IMG/VR virus record: IMGVR_UViG_3300042554_001750
Length of the DNA: 64,000 bases
Origin: a virus
Taxonomy: Duplodnaviria > Caudoviricetes
Direction: 5' to 3' (one strand)
The notes below the pieces were generated by a model. It was given only the letters and a program-made list of their open reading frames with translations, was not told the origin of the DNA and ran no database searches. How positions within the stretch are numbered: position 1 is the first letter of the stretch; each line of letters begins with the position of its first letter. The translations under genes were made by a program, and so were the position numbers. Positions 54,829-64,000 of the stretch are shown here, piece by piece.

Positions 54829-55821
54829 TTACGGCTTACTGTTTGGATTGAATAAATTTTTGTTAGCTTTGTACCAATCTAGAGTTAATTTCAACCCCTC
54901 TTCAATTGTGAACTTGGGAGTCCAGCCTAATTGATTGATTTTCTTAGATGACAACAATCTTTTCGGTATCATAGGAGCCTTGTTGTTTACATATTCAACA
55001 GGATTATTGTTGTTTTCTATCTTTTTCAAGGTATCTAATATTTCATTTACGGTATACCCTTCACCATAACATACATTGTATATGTCGTATTTGTCTACTT
55101 TTTCAGCAACAAAAATAATACCTTCAGCCATATCTTCAACATACAACAAATCACGGACTTCAGTGCCGTCGCCCCATACTGGTATAGGATTAAGATTGTC
55201 TGCAACTTTTCTTATATTAGCTGGAGTAACGTGACACTTTTCATAATCAAACTTATCATTGGGACCAAACGCATTGCTAGGCCTAATGATGACACATTGC
55301 ATTGGATCATGGATTTGATTGGAAAAGAACTCGCAAAGTTGCTCACCATATCTTTTCATTCCACCTACAGCTTTGTATATGGGAACTAAATCTGTCTTGT
55401 GAATATCAAGGTCTTCAGCGCAATAGCCGTCCTTCAAATCGGGATATGTAGTATTAGAACTTATGAACACAAACTTTTTAACTTTGTTTCTCCAACTTTG
55501 TTCCAAAAGATTTGTATTCATTTCCACATTGGGTGTTACATGTAACAATGGATTTACTTTTGTATCCAATGCGTTAGATGTGTTCGCTGAACAATGTATA
55601 ACCACATCTATGTCTTTAGTGATTTCATTGCAAAATTCTGCATCTCGCAAATCACCTTTAAGGTTAGTTATATTTTTAGAGCCATCAAAATCAAATTTTG
55701 GTTCTCTAGAAAATGTTGTGGTTACAATATTAGTGTAGCCTTTTTGATGAAGTAGTTTTAAAATATTTGAGCCTATAAAACCACTCACGCCTGTTAATAA
55801 TATTCTACTGTTTTTATTCAT
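54829..55821 (-). CDS. GDP-L-fucose synthase-like epimerase/reductase
   Basis: TGVSGFIG, RPSNAFGPND, VWGDG...RDLLYVEDMA. Confidence 0.8.
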   Translation of the reverse strand: MNKNSRILLTGVSGFIGSNILKLLHQKGYTNIVTTTFSREPKFDFDGSKNITNLKGDLRDAEFCNEITKDIDVVIHCSANTSNALDTKVNPLLHVTPNVEMNTNLLEQSWRNKVKKFVFISSNTTYPDLKDGYCAEDLDIHKTDLVPIYKAVGGMKRYGEQLCEFFSNQIHDPMQCVIIRPSNAFGPNDKFDYEKCHVTPANIRKVADNLNPIPVWGDGTEVRDLLYVEDMAEGIIFVAEKVDKYDIYNVCYGEGYTVNEILDTLKKIENNNNPVEYVNNKAPMIPKRLLSSKKINQLGWTPKFTIEEGLKLTLDWYKANKNLFNPNSKP

Positions 55822-56807
55822 AATTCCTCATTTAAGTGTTTTTGTTGATACTTTTTTACAGTATGTTCTATGCCATCCTTAAGGGATGTTTTCGGCACTA
55901 TGCCATACTGCACTTGCTTGTCAGCCGACAAACATCTAAGCAAATCACCATTTGGTTTAGTAGTATCCCAAATAATTTCTTTTCTTGTTCCGGTTAATTT
56001 TTCATAGACTTCTACTATAGTTTCAATTGTTTCTTTTATTGATACTGCTTTACCACAACCAAAGTTTATAGTATCTTTTACTTCTTTTTTAACTGTGTCA
56101 ATCGCAGCTTGTGCTACATCATCACCGAAAACGAAGTCTCGTTTCGCGGACCCATCGCCCCAACAAATCATTTTGTCAGTATTAAATAGTTTCCAAATAT
56201 TTGAACTTATTACTGTGGCATCTTGTGCGAAGTTGTCATTCTTTCCATAAATGTTAGAGGGGCGAATGATAGTATATCTATCAAAATTATACTGAATCTT
56301 TAGAGCATCTAACGCCAACTCTCCTATGCGTTTTGCCCAACCCGGATGCCAATCATTTTTGCTAGGCATTGTTTCCCAAACAGTATCTTCAACCATCACA
56401 TCTGCCGGAGCATATACGCCCACACTTGACATGTATACTAGCCATTCAACATTTGCTTCAAATGCTGCTTTAAAAATATTCGTATTAAACATTAGCATAG
56501 GAAACATATAATCTGCCGGCGATGTTTTTGTTCTCTGGGGCGATCCCTTGATGCCTGCTAAGTGTAAAACAACATGTATATTTTTATTTTTAAATAGGTT
56601 CTCGCAGTTGGTCAAATAGCACAAATCAGTTTGAACTAATTCAATAATGTCAGGATTTAACTGTTGTAATGCGATTAATTCTTGATTAAACCGTAAGTCA
56701 ACTGCGTAAATTTTGCTAACATTTTCATTTAATAATTTTTCAACGGTCGGTAGTCCAACTAATCCGTTAGCTCCAGTAACAACAACATTTTTATTTTGTA
56801 AATTCAT
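55818..56807 (-). CDS. GDP-L-fucose synthase-like epimerase/reductase (second paralog)
   Basis: TGANGLVG, WAKR, RPSNIYG.ND, WGDG...RDF, WDTTKPNG. Confidence 0.8.
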   Translation of the reverse strand: MNLQNKNVVVTGANGLVGLPTVEKLLNENVSKIYAVDLRFNQELIALQQLNPDIIELVQTDLCYLTNCENLFKNKNIHVVLHLAGIKGSPQRTKTSPADYMFPMLMFNTNIFKAAFEANVEWLVYMSSVGVYAPADVMVEDTVWETMPSKNDWHPGWAKRIGELALDALKIQYNFDRYTIIRPSNIYGKNDNFAQDATVISSNIWKLFNTDKMICWGDGSAKRDFVFGDDVAQAAIDTVKKEVKDTINFGCGKAVSIKETIETIVEVYEKLTGTRKEIIWDTTKPNGDLLRCLSADKQVQYGIVPKTSLKDGIEHTVKKYQQKHLNEEL

Positions 56808-58230
56808 TTTTATATATTATTCCGGCGTCCTTAATCACCTGTTTGAAAACTTCATAATGAGAAAATGTTTGAAGATGTTTTTGGTTGTGAACCAAAATAT
56901 CAATAATTGAATAATACCATTCGTGAAGTTGATTGATGGGCATATTATTTAGTTGTATAACCTGATCTCCTGCTAATTTCATTCTCTTTAATGGATCAGG
57001 TTCTTCATCGTATGACTCATCAATAAAAGGAGAAAAAGTTTTAAAGCCCAAATCTTTCAATGTTTTTAATGCATGGTAGTCTCCGAAATACACGAAAGGC
57101 TGCAAATTCATAAAAGGTCTTACTGTTTTTTCTGAAAAGAAAGGAGTAAATTTTTCGTTGTTCATACATGTTTCACTTACAATATGAACATATGTGCTAC
57201 TATAAAAATCTTTATTGTAATTGTCTACTGTACCAAATCCAGATAATTCTTTATATGACAAATGCTGGGTATCCAATTGAATCGGAACTCTAGATTTTAA
57301 GTCATCAATATATTTGTTAATATTAAGTTGATCTAAACCGTTCAAAATGTTTTTTATGTTGTAAAAATTGTTAGCAATGTTATTGATATCATTGATAACT
57401 AAAAAACTAAAATAACTGTTTTCGTATAGTTTATGCTTCAAGTATAGATAAGCCAAATAAATCCTGTGGCTTTTTCCATAATGCCTATTAAAGCATAAAA
57501 AACGTTTAGTTCTGGGTATACCGGTTAGCTCTTGCTCTCTAACTAAATCAGATATATATCCCAATTGTGTCTGTCGGGGGTACCGACTGAATAATTTTCC
57601 ACCCTCATATAGTGCCAAAATACCAGTGACTGTATTGTATTCAGAATCAAGTTGCTTATTGCCAGCAATGAATATTGGATTATTTTTAGGTATGCCAACT
57701 TTTTCTAAATTTGACATAAAAAATTCTAAGTGTCTATCATGATGGCAAGGATCTTGAATTCCACAAATCAATAGCCTTACTTTGTTCGTTTTGAGTAATG
57801 AAACTATTTTTTTCGGTAAGCTATCTGTAAAGGAACATTTGGTTTCCGATCCATCAACATTAACACAATAATCATTGTACAGAACATGATTACCCTTGTT
57901 AGTTTCAATGGGGTAGAAATAAACATTGTCATCGTCTTTTATTTCATTTTCGTTGACAAAACAAGTGTCTATAAAAAACTCATTTAAATATGTCATCAAT
58001 AAAGAATGCCCAAGCATGAAAAAATTTTCATATTCAGGATATTTTTCAAGAATCTTTTTTTCTAGGTTCTCTTGGCTTCCAAATCCTACCTGAATTGTTT
58101 CATTGTAGAATTTATAGTATTGTTTAATACCTTCGGGATGTATACCATTGGCTATAGGAAAATTGCCACGCGGTGTTTTTAACCAATGCGTGTATACAAA
58201 CTTAAAATGCGATCCATTTACCAGAGCCAT
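56791..58230 (-). CDS. Putative GT-B glycosyltransferase-like protein
   Basis: FLCFNR...HR, IVSET, SEKT.RP...QPF, LGFKTFSPFIDESYD. Confidence 0.5.
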   Translation of the reverse strand: MALVNGSHFKFVYTHWLKTPRGNFPIANGIHPEGIKQYYKFYNETIQVGFGSQENLEKKILEKYPEYENFFMLGHSLLMTYLNEFFIDTCFVNENEIKDDDNVYFYPIETNKGNHVLYNDYCVNVDGSETKCSFTDSLPKKIVSLLKTNKVRLLICGIQDPCHHDRHLEFFMSNLEKVGIPKNNPIFIAGNKQLDSEYNTVTGILALYEGGKLFSRYPRQTQLGYISDLVREQELTGIPRTKRFLCFNRHYGKSHRIYLAYLYLKHKLYENSYFSFLVINDINNIANNFYNIKNILNGLDQLNINKYIDDLKSRVPIQLDTQHLSYKELSGFGTVDNYNKDFYSSTYVHIVSETCMNNEKFTPFFSEKTVRPFMNLQPFVYFGDYHALKTLKDLGFKTFSPFIDESYDEEPDPLKRMKLAGDQVIQLNNMPINQLHEWYYSIIDILVHNQKHLQTFSHYEVFKQVIKDAGIIYKNEFTK

Positions 58231-58831
58231 AATGCGGGTATTTTGATTTGTATGTGTAGTAAATTACATCATCGGGTATGTCACGTTGCACATTCCATGT
58301 TTTAACTGTCGGTGTGTAAGTTGAAATTCCATTATCTTCAACGACAAAGTATAAAGGTAAATCAAAATTTCTAGCGTACTTGTGCACCTCATAAAATGCA
58401 CCAGTTTCAAAACACATATCACCGATGAAACACCAGACCTTTTCTTGTTTATTATCTAATTTAATTGATTGAGCTACACCCAATGCTATAGATAATGTTG
58501 ATGCCACGATAGCAGACGAATAAAACTTTTCTTCATGATTGCATATTGTAATTGATTTTCCTTTAAGTATTTCTTCTTCAAGCCAACTAGTATCAAGACC
58601 TTTTAAAAGTGCGTGATAATGGGATCTCCATGTACTAAAAACCCAATCATTTTTATCTATTCTTTTAAAAATTTCAATTAATGGATTCTCATTACCATTA
58701 CTCAAATGTACCGGGCCTCTGATTTTGGCATTTTCCCAATGGTCTATGATCTTAAGTTCAAAATCAATAAGGTCATTTTCAGTAAATCCAATATCTCTAA
58801 CTATTGGATAATTTTGCAAGTTTTTAATCAT
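58202..58831 (-). CDS. TPP-enzyme alpha-type subunit (PDH E1-alpha-like, short)
   Basis: HLSNG.E, WRSHYH, GDMCFETG...FVVEDNG TPP-binding motif. Confidence 0.82.
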   Translation of the reverse strand: MIKNLQNYPIVRDIGFTENDLIDFELKIIDHWENAKIRGPVHLSNGNENPLIEIFKRIDKNDWVFSTWRSHYHALLKGLDTSWLEEEILKGKSITICNHEEKFYSSAIVASTLSIALGVAQSIKLDNKQEKVWCFIGDMCFETGAFYEVHKYARNFDLPLYFVVEDNGISTYTPTVKTWNVQRDIPDDVIYYTYKSKYPHYGSGKWIAF

Positions 58832-58837
58832 AGATGT

Positions 58838-59383
58838 TTATTTGTCTCGTTCTTGTAATAAGGGCGTTGTGGTGGGCCACTCTAAATTAAATCTAGGATC
58901 ATTAAATTTTATGACTCCCTGATCCTTCACATCATAGTACTCGCCTTTATAGAATAGGTAATAATGAAAGATGCAATCAGTCAATGCATAATGACCATTA
59001 GCGAACCCCGGCGGTATTAAAACTTGATGCCTGTGCTTTTCAGATAAGATATAAGATTCATATTTGCCATATGTCTCTGATCCTTCTCTTACATCCAACA
59101 CTACCAAATATATGTCACCAACTAATGCTTGTACCAACTTATATGTTTTAGTATCGTAGTGCAAGCCTCTAAGCACATTTTTATAAGACTTACTGAATCT
59201 GCTGTGAAAATGTAAATCTTTAGGTAAGACTGAGTTTACGGGATGCAACTCGTCATGATATGTGGTAAAAATCTCTCCACGATGTTCATGAAAAACAGAA
59301 GGGGCAAAGATAGGAACTTCGTTACCAAATGTAGTTAAGTACGAAGTTTCAAAATCTTGCCATTTCTTTAATTTGTAGTTCAT
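58838..59383 (-). CDS. rmlC: dTDP-4-dehydrorhamnose 3,5-epimerase-like cupin
   Basis: RGEI, VLRGLHY, KLV....G, DVR..S.TYGK, IPPGFANG. Confidence 0.85.
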   Translation of the reverse strand: MNYKLKKWQDFETSYLTTFGNEVPIFAPSVFHEHRGEIFTTYHDELHPVNSVLPKDLHFHSRFSKSYKNVLRGLHYDTKTYKLVQALVGDIYLVVLDVREGSETYGKYESYILSEKHRHQVLIPPGFANGHYALTDCIFHYYLFYKGEYYDVKDQGVIKFNDPRFNLEWPTTTPLLQERDK

Positions 59384-60795
59384 GAATATAATTTATCTCT
59401 AAGAGTGTCTGTAAGATTTTTTGAGTATGAATTATTTTTGTAAAAATTAACTAAATGGTTCTGATTGTGAATCAATATATCTTCCATAGACCAATACCAG
59501 TTATGTAGTTCTTGGATAGGCATATCACACAAACGTTTTATTTCTTGGTATATCTTTTGCAGTCTAATACTGTTATTTGATTCATTATCATAGCTTTCAT
59601 CAATGAACGGAGAAAAAGTTTTAAAACCCAGTTCTCGTAACAATTTTAGCGAACCCGGCCACGATGCAAACACAAAGGGCATAAAATGTGCGATGGGCTT
59701 GAATACTTTTTCAGTTAAGGATTTGTTGGATAAATCCATGTATGTTTCGGTGGCGATATACAAATAACTACTAAGATAACTGTTAGGTACATCTGCCCAG
59801 CCACCTAATGAGTAAAAATCTTCATTAGCCTCATCACTTAAGGTTTTAGGAAGCTCGTTATGTAATTCCATTATTTTTTCTGGTTCAATTTTATTGAATC
59901 CAAAATTTGTTAGGGTTAGGTTCAAATGATTAATATCATGGTTTAATTTTTGTAGGCAAGACCAATTGCCCTTATTTAAATACCCATCATTATATAATTG
60001 AGCTAATAATACTTGTCTATGATCTCTGGGTCTACGAATCTTGAATAAGAAATGTTTAGGTCTTAGCTGATTTTTAGAAGATAGAAAATCCTCTCTATTC
60101 AATGTTTTTATATGTTTATTTTCACCGTAATGAAATGACGAATTTAAAATCATGTAGGGAAAATTAACTACATTTAACATTCTCTCCTCTTCAGAAAACC
60201 ATTCTTTATAAACATCTGCACCATTAAATGTGTTAAACAATAAAAACACTTGCGATGGAGAAATACCGCTTTTTCGTAAACCACGGTGTAAATTTTCATA
60301 AATGTATTTTGGAACTTCGTTTTCTTGTAAGTAGTCAAGAACAATAAAAGCCCTACCTTGTCTGGCGTCAGTAAGAGCTTCATGTGACATATATTTCCAA
60401 AAATACTCACCATTGAGTTTGCTACCAGTGCATGTGTCCCCGGTAAAATCATCAATGTATGGCGTCATACTAACAGGATACAAATACTTATTATATTGTT
60501 TTTTACCCATAAACAAGGATGTTGAATCAATTTCAATATAGTCTTGTAGGCTTCCTGTTCTAAGTTGTGAGTCGGAATTCCAGCATGCTGGCCAATGACC
60601 ATTCCCTAAACTATCGCCGAATATTTTTTGAAATAAATCGCTACTTTGATTTGACATAAACAAATCATTTCCGTTACTTCTGTTACTATGCTGACTGTGA
60701 ATATAATTGATCAAAACAAAATCCATTTTCATACAATTAGGAATAACATAAGCCGGAAATACATAATCGTAAAATAGGGGAATTTTAACTCTCAT
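59380..60795 (-). CDS. Putative GT-B glycosyltransferase-like protein (paralog of 56791..58230)
   Basis: R..HR, IATET, TEKVFKP...MPF, LGFKTFSPFIDESYD. Confidence 0.5.
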   Translation of the reverse strand: MRVKIPLFYDYVFPAYVIPNCMKMDFVLINYIHSQHSNRSNGNDLFMSNQSSDLFQKIFGDSLGNGHWPACWNSDSQLRTGSLQDYIEIDSTSLFMGKKQYNKYLYPVSMTPYIDDFTGDTCTGSKLNGEYFWKYMSHEALTDARQGRAFIVLDYLQENEVPKYIYENLHRGLRKSGISPSQVFLLFNTFNGADVYKEWFSEEERMLNVVNFPYMILNSSFHYGENKHIKTLNREDFLSSKNQLRPKHFLFKIRRPRDHRQVLLAQLYNDGYLNKGNWSCLQKLNHDINHLNLTLTNFGFNKIEPEKIMELHNELPKTLSDEANEDFYSLGGWADVPNSYLSSYLYIATETYMDLSNKSLTEKVFKPIAHFMPFVFASWPGSLKLLRELGFKTFSPFIDESYDNESNNSIRLQKIYQEIKRLCDMPIQELHNWYWSMEDILIHNQNHLVNFYKNNSYSKNLTDTLRDKLYS

Positions 60796-60797
60796 GA

Positions 60798-61607
60798 TTA
60801 TTCCCCAAATGGCCTAAAGTAGACTGATTTGTCATATTTTTTACTAAAAAGATCATAAAATTTTATACCCTGTTCTCGTTGACTATCTTTAATGTTAATT
60901 TGTTCACAATAGTAAAATAATTTTTCAGACAATGGTGTATTAAATTCTGGAAACATCTTTTTCATATATTGATAATGCACATATTGTGAGGGATGTCCGT
61001 CAAAATTATTTTTATCTTTCCAAAACTGTTGAGTTTTTTCTTTATTTTCAATTTGATCTAAATCTGAAAAAAAAGTCGTTAGTGACAATGGATCATCCGC
61101 AATGCTATAAATCATGTCACTAACTTTGAATATATCTTCATCAGATAATTCTTTTGTGTTAGTTAAATACCAGTCATAGTCAAGTCCTAATAAAATTTTA
61201 TGTTTAATTTTCTTTAAATCTAAAATCTTTTTAATTGTGCGTGCGGCTACCCAGGCATTATATACTTGCCATTTTTCAGACCAAATATTATCAACAATCC
61301 AAACTACATCTTTGTTACTTGGATTACTTGCTGCATGTACTACCAAATCCCCGTGAGTTTGTAGGCTATCGGATTTCATATAAGAAAATCTACCAATGCC
61401 TGTAAGCATTACAACTACATAATCTGTTTCTGAATTAAAATTCAATTTAGTGTCTGCTTCTATTAGACGATTGCTAATAAGTCGCATATCTGATCCAGAT
61501 CTACCATAGTTATAGTATTCGTCAAAATTTGCTGATAAAAAGTCAGCCCAGGTGCCATATACATATTTGGTCATGCTGCAACCAAATGCAAACAATCTTT
61601 TTTTCAT
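60798..61607 (-). CDS. SGNH/GDSL-like hypothetical protein
   Basis: AFGCSMT, DGHPS. Confidence 0.55.
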   Translation of the reverse strand: MKKRLFAFGCSMTKYVYGTWADFLSANFDEYYNYGRSGSDMRLISNRLIEADTKLNFNSETDYVVVMLTGIGRFSYMKSDSLQTHGDLVVHAASNPSNKDVVWIVDNIWSEKWQVYNAWVAARTIKKILDLKKIKHKILLGLDYDWYLTNTKELSDEDIFKVSDMIYSIADDPLSLTTFFSDLDQIENKEKTQQFWKDKNNFDGHPSQYVHYQYMKKMFPEFNTPLSEKLFYYCEQINIKDSQREQGIKFYDLFSKKYDKSVYFRPFGE

Positions 61608-62278
61608 TTTTTAAGTATCCAATTATATAAATTATCAGCTATCCAAATATGACCGGTTTCACTAGGGTGGTATCCATCATTAGCAAGTAACTTCAATTCT
61701 TTACATACAACTTTATTAAGTGAATTGTTGTATCCTAAAAAATACTTTTCTTTCTTTATTCCACTGTGCAGGTTTTTAGTTAATGAATCATTTTCCCAAA
61801 ATCTATACCTTAATAATAAATTATCATCTACTGCATTCATAAAAGCATAATTTAATTTATTATTTTCTAAAAAGTTTTGCAACAACAATTGCTGTTGATA
61901 AAGAGTAGTTAGAGAATCGTAATCAGAATATATATTGGCATAAAAATACTTCATATTTTCGCCATCTTCAGAAATTGTGTTATCTTCATTTAATGGTACA
62001 TGTCCTGGTAGGTACATATTCCAATTATTAAATTTTCTAGAATAGAACATAGTTCGGGTGAACCCTGTCCAAGAAAAAATAATGAAGGTGTCTGGTGTAA
62101 ATTTTTTTAAATCTTCAAAGAAGCGAATTAAAGAAAATTTGTTAGAGCCACCTCTTTCCCCGCGATTAAAGACGGGAACATTAAATTTATTACCTAAAAG
62201 CTGTGGCCAGGCGTCCTCTTGTTTGACACCATCACCGTACACAAAACTACAGCCATACGCATAAATCTCTGAAATCAT
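61604..62278 (-). CDS. SGNH/GDSL-like hypothetical protein
   Basis: AYGCSFVYGDG, GGSN, DGYHPS..GH. Confidence 0.6.
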   Translation of the reverse strand: MISEIYAYGCSFVYGDGVKQEDAWPQLLGNKFNVPVFNRGERGGSNKFSLIRFFEDLKKFTPDTFIIFSWTGFTRTMFYSRKFNNWNMYLPGHVPLNEDNTISEDGENMKYFYANIYSDYDSLTTLYQQQLLLQNFLENNKLNYAFMNAVDDNLLLRYRFWENDSLTKNLHSGIKKEKYFLGYNNSLNKVVCKELKLLANDGYHPSETGHIWIADNLYNWILKK

Positions 62279-63711
62279 TCGTCTTTATACTCCCCTTCTT
62301 CATGGTGGCTTATACCTATATTGTGTAGTGGTTTTATTTCAAAGGTTTTATTTAACTCTATAGATTCGTACCAATCTTTTAACTCAGGAAAGGTTTCAAC
62401 TAAATTTTTATTTCTTCTTTCATCATACTGAGTAAAGAAACTTTTAAAATCATGAAATAATAAAGCTTTGTCGTCAGTCACAAAAGTATGACCGGTTTTT
62501 ACTACTTCAATATAATCAAGTAATCTTTGAATTTGCGCCTTCTCTCCCTCAGATAGCAATTTACTTTGTTTGTGCTTTTTAAACCATTTTAATAATTTTG
62601 CGTGTAAAGTACTTTTGATATCATCCGGTAGAGTTACAGGACTCATCATGCCAGGCCATCTTAAAATGTTTAAATCTAACAATGGTTTAACTGTACCATA
62701 TTTTGCCTTTAATTTAAGCATGTCATCCATAAATTCTGTGATGCTGAATAAGCACAAATTATTAATGGTCATCATAATTGTTAGCATGCTTAAATTGGCA
62801 TTATCAAGCAACTTAACCATGTTCTCTCGCCACTTTACATAATCTAAACCATCTCGTATATACTCGGCATGTTTGCCGTAACTTTCATTGCTTGTAAATA
62901 TTCTTACTTCTTTAACAGGTAAAGTTTTTGTAACATCTATCAACTTTTGCAATGCCTTCTCTGACATTCCCAAATTGGTGTTTACCGCAAAGTTCATGTT
63001 AGGTGATGCGAACTCATGCATTTTATCAACAAATCGCCAAAAGTTCTGACTTACAGTTGCTTCACCGCCTGTAATTCTTAATTCCATTAAGGATTGCGAC
63101 AATTCAGGCCACCATTTAAAAAAGGCATCTACATATGGATTTTCATCTAAATGTTTGCCGTATGCTTCAGCCCAACTTCCATCTGTTTGATATGCTCCAC
63201 CCCCGCCGCCTGGCGCGATAAAGTTTTGGTATGCACCGTTCTTTTCTAAATCTTGTGCCCAAGTCGTGCTGTAACCCGCATTACAATAACTGCATGCAAA
63301 GTTGCATTGTCTGTCAAAACTTATCTCCAAAGTCTTTAACAAAACATCTTGATCCCAAGGCAGGTCTTTTAACTTTACAATATCTTCGTAATTGTAAAAT
63401 ATGCTTTTATAAACTCGGTCACTGACATTATCTCTTTGTATGCCTTCAACTTTCCAGCAGTAGTTACATTCTGCAGGTCGTACACCTTCTAGCATCATTT
63501 TTCTTACATTTTTCTTATGATCTGTGTTGTGCAATGCTGATGGATTCTGTGCTACCTGATCTTTGTCCATTAAATGTGGTAAGGGCAGGTGACAAGACCC
63601 AGTGTAACCTGATCCTAAGAAAATAGAAGCATTATACCACTTAGCTGCGCAAAAGCTAGGGCTGATAGCGTCTAAAACATTTTTGCGCCATTGGATCAAA
63701 TTTGTTGACAT
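62275..63711 (-). CDS. Radical SAM protein with N-terminal twitch-like domain
   Basis: CNFACSYC, ITGGE; FCAAKW...SCH...CNYCW. Confidence 0.88.
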   Translation of the reverse strand: MSTNLIQWRKNVLDAISPSFCAAKWYNASIFLGSGYTGSCHLPLPHLMDKDQVAQNPSALHNTDHKKNVRKMMLEGVRPAECNYCWKVEGIQRDNVSDRVYKSIFYNYEDIVKLKDLPWDQDVLLKTLEISFDRQCNFACSYCNAGYSTTWAQDLEKNGAYQNFIAPGGGGGAYQTDGSWAEAYGKHLDENPYVDAFFKWWPELSQSLMELRITGGEATVSQNFWRFVDKMHEFASPNMNFAVNTNLGMSEKALQKLIDVTKTLPVKEVRIFTSNESYGKHAEYIRDGLDYVKWRENMVKLLDNANLSMLTIMMTINNLCLFSITEFMDDMLKLKAKYGTVKPLLDLNILRWPGMMSPVTLPDDIKSTLHAKLLKWFKKHKQSKLLSEGEKAQIQRLLDYIEVVKTGHTFVTDDKALLFHDFKSFFTQYDERRNKNLVETFPELKDWYESIELNKTFEIKPLHNIGISHHEEGEYKDE

Positions 63712-63712
63712 A

Positions 63713-64000
63713 TTAATTGGGTATTAGTTTTTCTTTTGCCATTTTACACTTATTATAGAACTCTGCCATTTCAGGGAAAGTTTTAACAAAGTTTCTGTTG
63801 TGTCTCTTGTCAATTTCATTTACGAAATCAAAAAATCTTGCTCTGTGTAATAGAATGGTTTCATGATCTTCTTCATGAATTTTGTTAAAATTCATTGCCT
63901 CAATAACAATGCGTTTGAATTTTTCTATTTCATAATCTTCAAAGCCCTGATGTAGGCCCATACCATTAACATTTCCACTAGCAAATCTTATCATATAATT
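63713..64000 (-). CDS. C-terminal end of a probable radical SAM protein (5' part outside window)
   Basis: Frame open to window edge; FFDFVNEIDKRHNRNFVKTFPEM resembles the tail of 62275..63711 (FFTQYDERRNKNLVETFPEL). Confidence 0.6.
   Translation of the reverse strand, partial: NYMIRFASGNVNGMGLHQGFEDYEIEKFKRIVIEAMNFNKIHEEDHETILLHRARFFDFVNEIDKRHNRNFVKTFPEMAEFYNKCKMAKEKLIPN

Noticed and set aside
1-64000. Alternative genetic code (stop-codon reassignment) as in some large phages
   Set aside because: Core genes (uvsX, gp32, thyA, both terL halves, 1500-1900 aa ORFs) read intact in code 11 with dense packing

Overview
64 kb segment of a large T4-superfamily-like (Gram-negative-host) myophage. 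Almost all genes lie on the minus strand and read intact in the standard bacterial code. Left to right on the plus coordinates: recombination/replication genes (uvsY, GIY-YIG homing endonuclease, uvsX/recA, gp32 SSB); two paralogous ~1500-aa six-LamG virion proteins; a fractured terminase large subunit carrying an atypically split intein (33-aa IntN, 111-aa IntC) with a free-standing GIY-YIG gene between the halves; structural genes, spanins, thyA/DHFR; an early region with consensus sigma70 promoters (MoxR AAA + VWA-metallopeptidase); ADP-heptose enzymes; a phosphate-starvation cassette (porin, Pho-box-preceded pstS, PlcP-like phospholipase C, Agt-like glycolipid glycosyltransferase); an S8 protease; a circularly permuted two-piece tmRNA (tag ANDEVFALAA) whose 88-nt intervening segment carries a 24-aa hydrophobic ORF; and a >21 kb glycan-modification island (1885-aa tandem-repeat protein, carbamoyltransferase, radical SAMs, SGNH-like proteins, NDP-sugar epimerases, split TPP enzyme). 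Porin and tmRNA tag point to a betaproteobacterial host (inference). All family assignments come from motif recognition by eye; no database search was run.
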